The position numbers and the translations under genes were made by a program. Shown here piece after piece: positions 1 through 8,135 of a stretch of DNA of 64,000 nt; the first letter of the stretch is position 1; each line of letters begins with the position of its first letter. This stretch comes from a virus, in the IMG/VR virus record IMGVR_UViG_3300019854_000029, positions 56,360 to 120,359 of that record; one strand, given 5' to 3'. The notes beneath the pieces are model-generated. The model made no database searches. It was not told the origin of the DNA and saw only the letters and a list, made by a program, of their open reading frames with translations.

Positions 1-1
1 C

Positions 2-1495
2 ACCTCCGGCATTCGTCGCACGTTCACGAAGTACGTTGTCGGCTGGGGCGTGCAGGAAACACTGTCCTACGGTGACCGTAACGCTGCTGCCGACCCCGAA
101 GAGGTTGAGAAGCCTACTCGCAAGTGGAACGTCATCTTTGACTTCCAGCCCGAAGGCACCTCGAACGTCGGTGAATCAAAGTACACCGACGGCAAGAACA
201 TTTCCGACACCCTGACCGCTTCCGCTAAGAAGGATTACGGTGACGGTAAGTGGCTCAAGATCGACGGCAAGAACGTCCCCGTCAAGTACGAAGGCACTGC
301 CTACTACACTGGCGAGAACGCTCCCACCGCCGCTAACGAGGTTCCCGCCGACGCTAAGGCCATTGGTACCGCAACCCTGACGTTCGACGGTGAAGGCACC
401 CAGACCGCCACCGTCACCCCCACCGAAGAACTCAAGCCCGGTTTCGTCACTTGGGTTTGGAAGGTCACCAAGAACAATCAGGGCGACTACTCGAAGTACA
501 TCCACGAGGACTGGACTGACGGTTACGCTGCCGCCAACGAGACGAACAGCTTCCGCCACAAGGCCAAGATCAACACTGCTGCGTCTATCCGCACCACTCA
601 GGGCGGCACCTACATGGTGGACGACATGTGGGTTGACGGCCTGCCCACCAACCACGGTGAGTTCACCGGCAACGCCGAGTTCGATAAGGACGGCGCAACC
701 CTGAAGCAGGACCTCTTGTTCTTCCCCAAGGGCACTGAGGTTAAGGAAGCCAACAAGGACAAGGCCGAGGTCATTTCCTCGACCACCATCCCCGCCAAGA
801 ACGGTTTCTACCCGTCGATTGGCACCAACGGCTTCAAGCTGAAGGAAGGCGCTTCCGGCACTTACGTGTTCGTCACCTCGTTCGAGGGCGACAGCCGCGT
901 TGAGGCTTACACCTCTAGCGTTGAGGACGTGACCGAACAGTACACGGTCGATACCCCCGAAGAGACCCCGACCATCGGAACCACCGCCACCGACACCAAG
1001 GATGGCGACAAGGAAATCAACCCCACCGGCCCCGTGTCGATCACTGACCGCGTGTGCTACGAGAACCTGAAGCCCGGTAAGGAATACACCCTGACCGGCA
1101 CTCTGATGGACAAGACCACTGGTGAGGCTTTCCGTAACGAGAAGGGTGAGGACATTTCGTCCTCGACCACTTTCACCGCTAAGGAAGCTAAGGGCTGTGA
1201 GAACGTTGTTTTCGAGACCACTGGTGAGACCCTGAAGGGCCACGACACTGTTGTTTTCGAGAACATGTTCTCTGACAACAAGCGCATCGCTGTCCACGCT
1301 GACATCAACGACGAGGGCCAGACCGTTCACCCGAAGGTCACCCCCTCGACCACTGCTCCTGCTGCTCCTGCCCCCAAGGGCGGTAAGCTCGCACACACTG
1401 GTGCTATCACTGGTGGCGTGCTCGCTGTTGCGGGTGCCTCCGCTATTGGTGGTGGCGTTCTGCTCATGAAGCGTCGCCGCAACGAGGAGGACTGA
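2..1495 (+). CDS. Cell-wall-anchored adhesin, C-terminal portion (5' end lies upstream of the window); Thr-Gln ester-bond / VaFE-type repeat plus LAHTG sortase signal
   Basis: The frame is open from nt 2, so the GTG at 50 in the ORF track is probably internal. The repeat IGTTATD...YENLKPGKEYTLTG...TVVFENMF...HADINDEGQTV carries the HxDxxDxxQ signature of ester-bond domains. The C-terminus is LAHTG + hydrophobic helix + KRRRNEED. Antisense ORF 176-1396 is treated as a shadow. Confidence 0.75.
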   Translation, partial: TSGIRRTFTKYVVGWGVQETLSYGDRNAAADPEEVEKPTRKWNVIFDFQPEGTSNVGESKYTDGKNISDTLTASAKKDYGDGKWLKIDGKNVPVKYEGTAYYTGENAPTAANEVPADAKAIGTATLTFDGEGTQTATVTPTEELKPGFVTWVWKVTKNNQGDYSKYIHEDWTDGYAAANETNSFRHKAKINTAASIRTTQGGTYMVDDMWVDGLPTNHGEFTGNAEFDKDGATLKQDLLFFPKGTEVKEANKDKAEVISSTTIPAKNGFYPSIGTNGFKLKEGASGTYVFVTSFEGDSRVEAYTSSVEDVTEQYTVDTPEETPTIGTTATDTKDGDKEINPTGPVSITDRVCYENLKPGKEYTLTGTLMDKTTGEAFRNEKGEDISSSTTFTAKEAKGCENVVFETTGETLKGHDTVVFENMFSDNKRIAVHADINDEGQTVHPKVTPSTTAPAAPAPKGGKLAHTGAITGGVLAVAGASAIGGGVLLMKRRRNEED

Positions 1496-1530
1496 GCTGA
1501 GGTAATCTCAGTTCTGAGAATCAGTTAAAG

Positions 1531-1580
1531 GGAACGCCCCGCTTACGTCTTTGTGAGCGGGGCGTTCCTGTATCTTCATT
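1531..1580 (+). terminator. Rho-independent-type terminator after the adhesin gene
   Basis: 13-bp perfect stem GGAACGCCCCGCT (1531-1543) / AGCGGGGCGTTCC (1556-1568), followed by a T-rich tail TGTATCTTCATT. Confidence 0.7.
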
Positions 1581-1656
1581 AAACCACTGGTTGTTGCGCG
1601 CGCACCCATAGAGGGAACGGCCCCCGCGAGTGGCCTACTGCGCGGGCAAACCCTAC

Positions 1657-1696
1657 GTGACACGCTCGGGCCATACTGCTACTATTTAGGTACAAC
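1657..1696 (+). promoter_or_regulatory. Promoter module copy P1 (GTGACA-N17-TACTAT followed by TTAGGTACAAC)
   Basis: The core GCCATACTGCTACTATTTAGGTACAAC is nearly identical to 50374-50399. TGc precedes the -10 (extended -10). It lies ~100 nt upstream of the ATG at 1797. Confidence 0.6.
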
Positions 1697-1796
1697 ACAA
1701 ACCCGTAGGGCGCACCAACATCAACACAAACCCTTAAAACGCGCCACCAACACGCATTCCTTAAACACATCACACCCAACAGGACAGGACACGGCA

Positions 1797-2654
1797 ATGA
1801 ACGTTTCGTTCCAGTTAGTACACTTCTCAGGCCACCGCGTAGACGCGGAAGCCGCAATCACCGCTAACGCGCTCAATGCAAGAGTCGATAAAGAGATCGT
1901 CCTACAAGGCACCATTGACTCGATAGCCTGCCGTAGTGACGGGGAGTTCGTAGACTCTCCCGTGCCGTTCACCGTGCAATACGTTGAGATCGCCGCCGTC
2001 ATCCCCGCATACATCATCCGCGTCTATGACAACGAACACCGCATTCTCCTCAAAGACCTGCAAGACGGGCGGCTCACAACAGGCTCAGAAGAACACCTAG
2101 TGCGCCTGCTCGTAGAACGCGCGGGAGAAACGTATCTACAGTGGGCCGACGACCCGCGTAAGCATCACTACTACAGGGGACTGCCCTACAAGGACACTTA
2201 CCGGGTACTTGATGGTAAGCTCGCGCAGGCGTGCCTCGTGCGCTACGGGAAGTCATTGCACCGCACTCTACGAGCCAACACGGGACTACACCATCAGGTC
2301 GTCACATGCCTGCTCACTATCCATAACCTCATGAGCGGCACGAAGAGTGACCTAGAGAAAGAACGCTACTGCCTGAGCCTCGTGCGCATCTACCAAGGCA
2401 AAGCACAAGTCATCCCCTACGGGAGCCGCGCCTACAACAACCCGCCAGCCGGTTCCATCGACATCGACTACGCGCTCATTCACACGCTGCCAATCCTGAA
2501 ATACTCCGCGCCAGTTGACCCACACGAACGCGGAACAGTCTCGATCATCCACAAGTACAAAGCACTCGGATACTCCAAGACCGATATCGCTTTCATCCTC
2601 GGCCTAGACGAAACCAGCGTCGAAAACGCGCTCAAAGAACAACCACGCTACTGA
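1797..2654 (+). CDS. Hypothetical protein, member 1 of a three-gene tandem paralog family with a C-terminal HTH-like segment
   Basis: 285-aa ORF. The C-terminus ...IIHKYKALGYSKTDIAFILGLDETSVENALKE aligns with the C-termini of the next two ORFs. Confidence 0.6.
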   Translation: MNVSFQLVHFSGHRVDAEAAITANALNARVDKEIVLQGTIDSIACRSDGEFVDSPVPFTVQYVEIAAVIPAYIIRVYDNEHRILLKDLQDGRLTTGSEEHLVRLLVERAGETYLQWADDPRKHHYYRGLPYKDTYRVLDGKLAQACLVRYGKSLHRTLRANTGLHHQVVTCLLTIHNLMSGTKSDLEKERYCLSLVRIYQGKAQVIPYGSRAYNNPPAGSIDIDYALIHTLPILKYSAPVDPHERGTVSIIHKYKALGYSKTDIAFILGLDETSVENALKEQPRY

Positions 2655-2684
2655 CCAAACCCAACCACAACAACAGGAAAAACA

Positions 2685-3548
2685 ATGCAAACACAAACCA
2701 CAAGCACGCCGTATGACCTCTATATGACGCTCTCCGAAATAGAGCTTTATTCAATAAGGGGGCAAATCCATTCATTCGTCAATCTCCGCACTGGCGTAAG
2801 GTCTCGACCTAAGCGCAACCTATACTTCACAGCTCGACGGGAAGATCGTTATGGGTTTACAACATGGGTTGTATCCTTGCGCACAGAAACCCCTCACTCA
2901 AAGACATTCTGGCGCATGAGCTTCAGTCCTCACCCCGGACACATGTATGAGCCGAGTAGCTACGAATCCCTCCAAGAGGCAAAAACGGCAGTTACCAAAG
3001 CATTTTCAGCGTTCATGGACATGGGTGACCATACTGCCACCGGACACGCAAAGTGGGGCCTGTGCTACACCAACGTCCGAGTGCTCCTTAAAGCCAAGAT
3101 TTTGCAGATGATTGCCCCTCAAGATGAGGTCGCAGCAAACATCAACAGCTCGATAGTTCAGCGCCTTAGAGAAGATGCTCTCTCTGAAATTGTTGAAAAG
3201 CTCGAACAAGTAGCGCGCTACACCAGAGAACCATCAGGGCTTCCCACCCGGAAGGCTATGTACCGTGCGCTGGGAGTACGCATTACAGCCGACGGCAAAA
3301 TCTCCGTCATCGGGGCCAGCCAACAGCAAACAAGAAATAAGAAACTTGGAATCGACTTCCGTTACGGCGAAGTCATGGACACGCCTATATATGCACTAGG
3401 CTGCTCTGACACCGACACAAGCATTTGGGCGTACACAAAAGAAGGGTATGCCGCGTCAGATATCTCCGCCGTACTCGGCCTCCCTACCGTGGCGGAAGTG
3501 AAGCGCATACAAAAACTTCCCGGCCTCACATGGAAGATGGGGGAGTGA
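2685..3548 (+). CDS. Hypothetical protein, tandem paralog 2 (C-terminal HTH-like)
   Basis: 287 aa. It shares the block EDRYGFTTWVVSL with NDRFGFTTWVITI of the next ORF, and the C-terminus YTKEGYAASDISAVLGLPTVAEVKRIQ. Confidence 0.65.
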   Translation: MQTQTTSTPYDLYMTLSEIELYSIRGQIHSFVNLRTGVRSRPKRNLYFTARREDRYGFTTWVVSLRTETPHSKTFWRMSFSPHPGHMYEPSSYESLQEAKTAVTKAFSAFMDMGDHTATGHAKWGLCYTNVRVLLKAKILQMIAPQDEVAANINSSIVQRLREDALSEIVEKLEQVARYTREPSGLPTRKAMYRALGVRITADGKISVIGASQQQTRNKKLGIDFRYGEVMDTPIYALGCSDTDTSIWAYTKEGYAASDISAVLGLPTVAEVKRIQKLPGLTWKMGE

Positions 3549-3552
3549 AACC

Positions 3553-4368
3553 GTGATTCGCATTGAAGATACTCAACGCTACACGTGCCAGCTCGGCCCT
3601 ATCGCGCAACGCTGCGGGCTTTACGAAGCGCCTATTGAAAGTTTCTGCGATACAGAAACCGGACTCAACGTCCGCCCCAATCAGAACAACACGCTATCGC
3701 TTGTCGCTAAGAGAAACGACCGATTCGGGTTCACAACATGGGTAATCACTATTAAGCGGAACAGAAAAATAGCGTTCCGAATGGGAGTCACCCCTCAGTT
3801 CCTAAGTGCGGTCAGCGACAAGAGACCCACCCTCGCAGAAAACGCCGATACCCTGCACCAGTGCGTGAACTTTGTGTTCAACACATACGTTCACGTAGCA
3901 AGTCGTGGAGAACTGAAAGCGATTCTTCTTTACGAAAACCCGCAGCTCCTATGGGAAGAAAAAGTACGCGCATATAGCACTCCCCGATATGCGCACCTCT
4001 TAGACGCTCCCCTCGGTGATTCCACCCCGCTAGAACAAATCGCCACGATCATGCGCGAAACGGCTGATGCGCTCTCAAACACCCCGAGAAGCAGGAACAC
4101 AAAGAAGCGCGCCACGCTACTAAGCGCCGGATGTGCTTTAGGGATAGACGGTTCACTGCTCCGTATTTTCAATCCCCTCACCCCCACAAGTAACGCACAC
4201 CTTGGCATCTACCAATACGGGCATGTTGTACGTGCTCCCATCCTTGCTGTGGGGTGCCCGAACGCTAAAGCAAGTGTCTTTGCGTTCGCAAAAGAAGGCT
4301 ACGGAAGAAGAATGATCTCTACACTAACCGGTATTCCTCTTAGCACTATCAGCGATTTCCTGCGTTAG
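3553..4368 (+). CDS. Hypothetical protein, tandem paralog 3 (C-terminal HTH-like)
   Basis: 271 aa with a GTG start 4 nt after the previous stop, preceded by GGGGGAG. The C-terminus is FAKEGYGRRMISTLTGIPLSTISDFLR. Confidence 0.65.
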   Translation: MIRIEDTQRYTCQLGPIAQRCGLYEAPIESFCDTETGLNVRPNQNNTLSLVAKRNDRFGFTTWVITIKRNRKIAFRMGVTPQFLSAVSDKRPTLAENADTLHQCVNFVFNTYVHVASRGELKAILLYENPQLLWEEKVRAYSTPRYAHLLDAPLGDSTPLEQIATIMRETADALSNTPRSRNTKKRATLLSAGCALGIDGSLLRIFNPLTPTSNAHLGIYQYGHVVRAPILAVGCPNAKASVFAFAKEGYGRRMISTLTGIPLSTISDFLR

Positions 4369-4380
4369 GCTAAGCGAAAT

Positions 4381-4425
4381 GGCCCTACTGCTTTTCGTTG
4401 CAGTGGGGCCGTTTTGGTTTATTTC
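4381..4425 (+). terminator. Rho-independent-type terminator after the paralog triplet
   Basis: 11-bp stem GGCCCTACTGC (4381-4391) / GCAGTGGGGCC (4400-4410, one G-U pair), followed by GTTTTGGTTTATTT. Confidence 0.7.
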
Positions 4426-4452
4426 GGCCTAGTTTTTCGGCGTTTTCAACGC

Positions 4453-4740
4453 CTTGGTCATGAACATTTTTCTTGGTCATATAGTTGTGTTTCTTGGTTA
4501 TGGAAATCGCGTTCCTTGGTTATGGGAATTATTTCCTTGGTTATATAGTTTCCATTTTTCACGCGGTCGTGTTTTTGGGGCGTGTTTTACGGCTTGGTCA
4601 TGAAGTTTCACTTCTTGGTCATGAAGATTCATTCCTTGGTCATATAGTTTCCGGTTTGTAGCACGATGCTTCGGTTGGTCACGTTTTGAGCGTCTAGTCC
4701 ACGTTTTGAGACGCTATAGCACGCTCGGCGGCTTGGTCAC
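4453..4740 (+). repeat. Iteron array: 8 exact CTTGGTYAT boxes plus 2 degenerate boxes, mostly at 19-22 bp spacing
   Basis: Exact boxes start at 4453, 4472, 4493, 4515, 4536 (cluster 1) and 4593, 4614, 4635 (cluster 2). Degenerate boxes are GTTGGTCAC at 4674 and CTTGGTCAC at 4732. The extended units are TYCTTGGTYAT followed by GAA, ATAGTT or GGRAA. CACGTTTTGAG also occurs twice (4680, 4700). Confidence 0.85.
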
Positions 4741-4816
4741 GGTCTCCCTTTTACAGCACGCTACCCCTAGAGACCTGTTTCGTTGGGAACACTAGCATCC
4801 CGGCGTGTTGATGACG

Positions 4817-4981
4817 TTTTTTGATGACTGATGTAAACTGATGTAAGAAAACTGATGAAAAACACCATCAGAAAACCCCCGCAACGACTTCCCAAACACC
4901 GGAGGTCTCCGAAAACACGGGGGTAAGACCAAACACCCGCCCCCGGTTGATGTGTTTTGACGACGAAAACCATCAACAAAA
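4817..4981. repeat. Left arm (IR-L) of a 165-bp inverted repeat; its partner is at 63836-64000
   Basis: The reverse complement of 63836-64000 matches 4817-4981 with about 6 mismatches by eye. The arm is rich in TGATG words and internal palindromes (CTGATG-N8-CATCAG; GTTGATG-N18-CATCAAC). It ends 25 nt upstream of the ATG at 5006. Confidence 0.9.
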
Positions 4982-5005
4982 TAGGCTACGAAAGACGCAA
5001 AACCC

Positions 5006-5404
5006 ATGAGTGAAGAGCTAGAAGAAACACCTGAGTACGGTTACATCGTCGGTTCGGGGGACGCGCGGCAAGAGCTGCGCTGGCGGTTCATCGTCGCTTT
5101 GGGCGCGTCCATGTCTAAAAACCCGCGTCGAGAACTAGCTGCCTACTGTCGCACGGTCGTTAAGAACGGGGAAGAGGCATTGACTGGTTCGAGCACGTTG
5201 CGTCTCCACCTGCTTGCTAGTGGCGTGGATGTTCTGCGTGAGTGTTTAGCCGATGAGGTCGATAGCGTGGAGACGTTAACTGGGGTCCTCATGGAAGCGA
5301 TGCCCGGTGGGCCGGAGTGTTGGAAGGCGTGGGATAAGACTGCGACAGGTGTTGACGGGGCGCGTAGCGTGGTCCCGTTGCTTTTGCGTGCGTTGCTTTT
5401 GTGA
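5006..5404 (+). CDS. Hypothetical protein (132 aa), first gene downstream of IR-L
   Basis: ATG ORF with GAAAGA upstream. No recognisable motif. Confidence 0.6.
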   Translation: MSEELEETPEYGYIVGSGDARQELRWRFIVALGASMSKNPRRELAAYCRTVVKNGEEALTGSSTLRLHLLASGVDVLRECLADEVDSVETLTGVLMEAMPGGPECWKAWDKTATGVDGARSVVPLLLRALLL

Positions 5405-5491
5405 CCGGCCTCGTTCGGCTGGCGCGTGGTGAGCGTTTAACTTAACTGTCGTGCGCGCGCGTAGTAAATGTTTCTTATCCAGTGAGGCTAA

Positions 5492-6334
5492 GTGTCGTTA
5501 GATCATGGAAGGACTTTTACTGTGTCGAGCGCGAATGTCATGCCGCCGTATATGCAGATGCAAGAGTGGGACCTTGATGAGCAAGACAAGGTTATTAAGC
5601 GCGCGTTTCGCGTGTGGAAGGAAACTCGTCCCTCAAGGTACTTGCAGAGCTTGTCGATGATTGTCCCGCAAGTGACACCGGAGGTGTTGCCTCCTGATAT
5701 GCGTCACCCGCGTGTGGAGATTAAAGAGACGTGGGATGAGTCCATTCACCCGGACTATAAGAAACTACTCGGTGCTCCTGCCGTGCTGTATGACGGGCCA
5801 CTGCTGCGCCCTAAGTTCAATGAGTATCGGAAGTACTTGGGGGATGAGGAAGTCCGTTGCCCGTCTGGTAGCGTCGCTGTACTGTCTGTTGATATTGGGC
5901 TTTCGCCCGAACAGTTTAAGAACCCGCCCGAGGGATACATGTATGTTCGCGCGGTCGGCCCGAACGCTGAGTATCCCGGTGGCGGCTGGGTGTACTGTAT
6001 TCCGAAAGTTTTCGTGAAAGAACAACCCCAGTACGCACTGTTCTTGTCTCGCCACACTCTGTCGGACACTGTTGACTCCTACAAGGTGTATATCGACGGG
6101 TATAGCGAGATGGTGTACTTGTCTATTGTCCGACAGTCCCCATACACAACTCGTTATGCGACTAAAGCTCCTATCGCTATTGCTGGGAGCTACGATCCGA
6201 ACGTTGTTCTCGCTTACGCTGAGGAAGTTCTACGCGGTTGGGAAGCGCATGGGATTATCCCCCCGCGAGCGCGATACACGCTTTCCACGCAAGAGTGCTT
6301 GTCGGTGTCTCACGCGAAACAGTTGGACGCTTGA
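5492..6334 (+). CDS. Hypothetical protein (280 aa)
   Basis: GTG start preceded by GAGG at 5 nt spacing. The overlapping frames 5712-6017 (+) and 5755-6069 (-) are shorter shadows. Confidence 0.65.
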   Translation: MSLDHGRTFTVSSANVMPPYMQMQEWDLDEQDKVIKRAFRVWKETRPSRYLQSLSMIVPQVTPEVLPPDMRHPRVEIKETWDESIHPDYKKLLGAPAVLYDGPLLRPKFNEYRKYLGDEEVRCPSGSVAVLSVDIGLSPEQFKNPPEGYMYVRAVGPNAEYPGGGWVYCIPKVFVKEQPQYALFLSRHTLSDTVDSYKVYIDGYSEMVYLSIVRQSPYTTRYATKAPIAIAGSYDPNVVLAYAEEVLRGWEAHGIIPPRARYTLSTQECLSVSHAKQLDA

Positions 6335-6360
6335 TGCAAGACGGCTTCTAGTTTCCTGAG

Positions 6361-6400
6361 AAAACCCGCTAGTGGTGGCATACGCGGCTGGCGGGTTTTT
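6361..6400 (+). terminator. Terminator-like hairpin with a T-run
   Basis: AAACCCGC (6362-6369) pairs with GCGGGTTT (6391-6398), followed by TTT. A second 8-bp hairpin, GTGGCGCT (6467-6474) / AGCGCCAC (6490-6497), lies in the leader of the next gene. Confidence 0.55.
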
Positions 6401-6578
6401 ATACTAATTAACAGGCACATGGGTAATGCCCTCCTTTCTGGTTGTTGTGCTTTTGGTTTGGAGCATGTGGCGCTGTCCTCTCAAGGGATAGCGCCACAGC
6501 TGTTTATGCGGCAGTGTGGTCGCGAGGTGGCGTTCTAAGCGTGAGTGTTGTTCCAAGCCGAGGAAGGAAAAGAGAAAA

Positions 6579-7688
6579 ATGGAACTGCTGATGATGGTTG
6601 TTCACCCGACTGCCACTAAGGATTACTTGGCTGTGTGGCGACTGTCGGGCGTTAACGCCTCGAAAGAGATCACGCCTGACAACGTGAGGGCTGCTGCGCT
6701 CAAGCACAAGGATGAGGCTTCTGGTGACGCGAAGAAAGTGATTGACGTTGTTGCTGACATTGAGGGCGCGGAAAGTGAAGTGCTTGGTGCCGGAGTACTG
6801 TTCACGCCTCAAGCTGTTAAGGGCATTGCCGAGAGCCACTTGAAGGAGCGCCCCGACTACGAGGAGTGCGTCGTCGTTGACTACTGTTCTTCCACGCTCC
6901 TTTGGGGCAAGGACGGCGAGTGGGAGACCATGCCGCTATTCACGGACGACGCGGGTAACGCGGACGACGCATCGGACACGCCCCTCGCTGAGCTATTGAA
7001 GCGCGTCGAGGTCTCAGACCTGACCGCGTTCACTGGCGAGAAGGCTCGTATTCGCACAGAACGATCAGTGAAGCGCCACTGGCCTTACGTGTTGAAGGTC
7101 AAGAAGGTCCGCGAGGTTCCCGATGAGGAACTTACCGGCCTGCGTAAAGACATTAAGGGCCTGCGCCTGTTGGATATTGCGCTTGAGACCGGCGTTGTTC
7201 ACCTGCTTGTCCCTAACTGTAAGGACGTGCGCGGGGGAGAGGCGCAACGTTACTTGTGGCATAAGCAACTGGCGCGCGCCATCTACGCTTTCGAGCGAGA
7301 TAGGGTTGCTCAAAAGAAGATGCAAGCCGGTCAGGAGAAAATCTTGATTCGCTACGGTGAGTCAGAAAACCCGGTGTGTGTGGCGATCACAGCGGAAGCG
7401 TTGAAGCGGGAGCTTACTATCGACGGCGAACCCGAAAAGGGCGCTACGAAGCACGTCTACACGGCAGATGGCATCACGATCATTCGCTACGGTGAGCGTG
7501 GCTGGGAATGGAGTTACTTCGATATTGGGGAGGGGAAGCACCTAGTGCAGCGCACCGGCCAGAACGGTGAAGGGATATTCGTTCTCAAACAGAGCGCATG
7601 GTGTCTGCTACGGGATGCCGTGGACTTCAAGGCCCCCGCAACCGAGGAAGAAATGCTCGCCTACATTCTCCGGTCGTTGAACAGCTAA
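6579..7688 (+). CDS. Hypothetical protein (369 aa)
   Basis: I prefer the ATG at 6579 (MELLMMVV...) because AGGAAGGAAAAGAG lies directly upstream. The ORF-track start at 6516 lacks an RBS. Confidence 0.65.
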   Translation: MELLMMVVHPTATKDYLAVWRLSGVNASKEITPDNVRAAALKHKDEASGDAKKVIDVVADIEGAESEVLGAGVLFTPQAVKGIAESHLKERPDYEECVVVDYCSSTLLWGKDGEWETMPLFTDDAGNADDASDTPLAELLKRVEVSDLTAFTGEKARIRTERSVKRHWPYVLKVKKVREVPDEELTGLRKDIKGLRLLDIALETGVVHLLVPNCKDVRGGEAQRYLWHKQLARAIYAFERDRVAQKKMQAGQEKILIRYGESENPVCVAITAEALKRELTIDGEPEKGATKHVYTADGITIIRYGERGWEWSYFDIGEGKHLVQRTGQNGEGIFVLKQSAWCLLRDAVDFKAPATEEEMLAYILRSLNS

Positions 7689-7740
7689 TAAGGCCACTAC
7701 AGCGCCTTGTCGTAAAGCAAGAGGCGGCGAGTAAAAGAGA

Positions 7741-7790
7741 GCGGGCCGAGACAGTCTGTGGTGACTGGTCTCGGCCCGCTCGTTTTTTGT
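7741..7790. terminator. Bidirectional terminator between convergent genes
   Basis: 12-bp perfect stem GCGGGCCGAGAC (7741-7752) / GTCTCGGCCCGC (7768-7779), followed by TCGTTTTTTGTG. Confidence 0.8.
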
Positions 7791-7801
7791 GTCTGCACGG
7801 T

Positions 7802-8101
7802 CTAGCTTGCAATGAGTTCTTGCCTACGAGCAAGAGTTTCACGCATTTCCTTGCGCTCCTTCATGGTGGTTCCACCCCAAATACCGCGTTCCTCGTCCTC
7901 TGAGGTGAGTGCGGCTTCTAGGCACTCGATACGCACGGGGCACTGTGAGCACAGTTCGATTGCCAGTCTGGCTTGTGCGGTCTGTCCCGCGCCGGGGAAC
8001 CAAATGTCCGGGTCAGTTTGGGAGCAGATTCCTTGCTGCCGCCATGATTCTTTGCTGTTGGTGATGATGATGTCGTTAACGAACTTGCGCATTGGTCGCA
8101 T
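7802..8101 (-). CDS. WhiB-like (Wbl) Fe-S transcription factor
   Basis: Four Cys in C-X24-C-X2-C-X5-C (CSQTD...CSQCPVRIEC), followed by the GIWGG turn and a basic tail. The start is set at 8101 (MRPMRKF) to avoid overlap with the HNH gene; the ORF extends to 8149. Confidence 0.8.
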   Translation of the reverse strand: MRPMRKFVNDIIITNSKESWRQQGICSQTDPDIWFPGAGQTAQARLAIELCSQCPVRIECLEAALTSEDEERGIWGGTTMKERKEMRETLARRQELIAS

Positions 8102-8135
8102 AATGGTGGGCTTTCTGGTTTGGGTTTGGTTTGGT

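Noticed and set aside
176-1396. 406-aa minus-strand ORF antisense to the adhesin gene; similar long antisense ORFs occur at 8512-9726 (+), 24335-24994, 25001-25834, 25841-26995, 36163-37323, 39521-40528 and 43626-44327 (+).
   Set aside because: These are typical stop-poor shadow frames of high-GC coding DNA. Their products are low-complexity (Gly/Val/Arg/Leu-rich). Each lies fully inside a longer ORF that has recognisable motifs or fits the co-oriented, overlapping operon structure.
4441-4745. Could the regularly spaced repeats be a CRISPR array?
   Set aside because: The repeat unit is only ~9-15 bp with ~21-bp periodicity, so the spacers would be ~10 bp. The repeats come in three flavours and no cas genes are present. 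This fits iterons or a centromere, not CRISPR.
6516-6578. N-terminal extension of the 6579-7688 gene (ORF-track start at 6516).
   Set aside because: There is no RBS, and the start lies close behind the hairpin at 6467-6497. The ATG at 6579 has a strong AGGAAGGA site.
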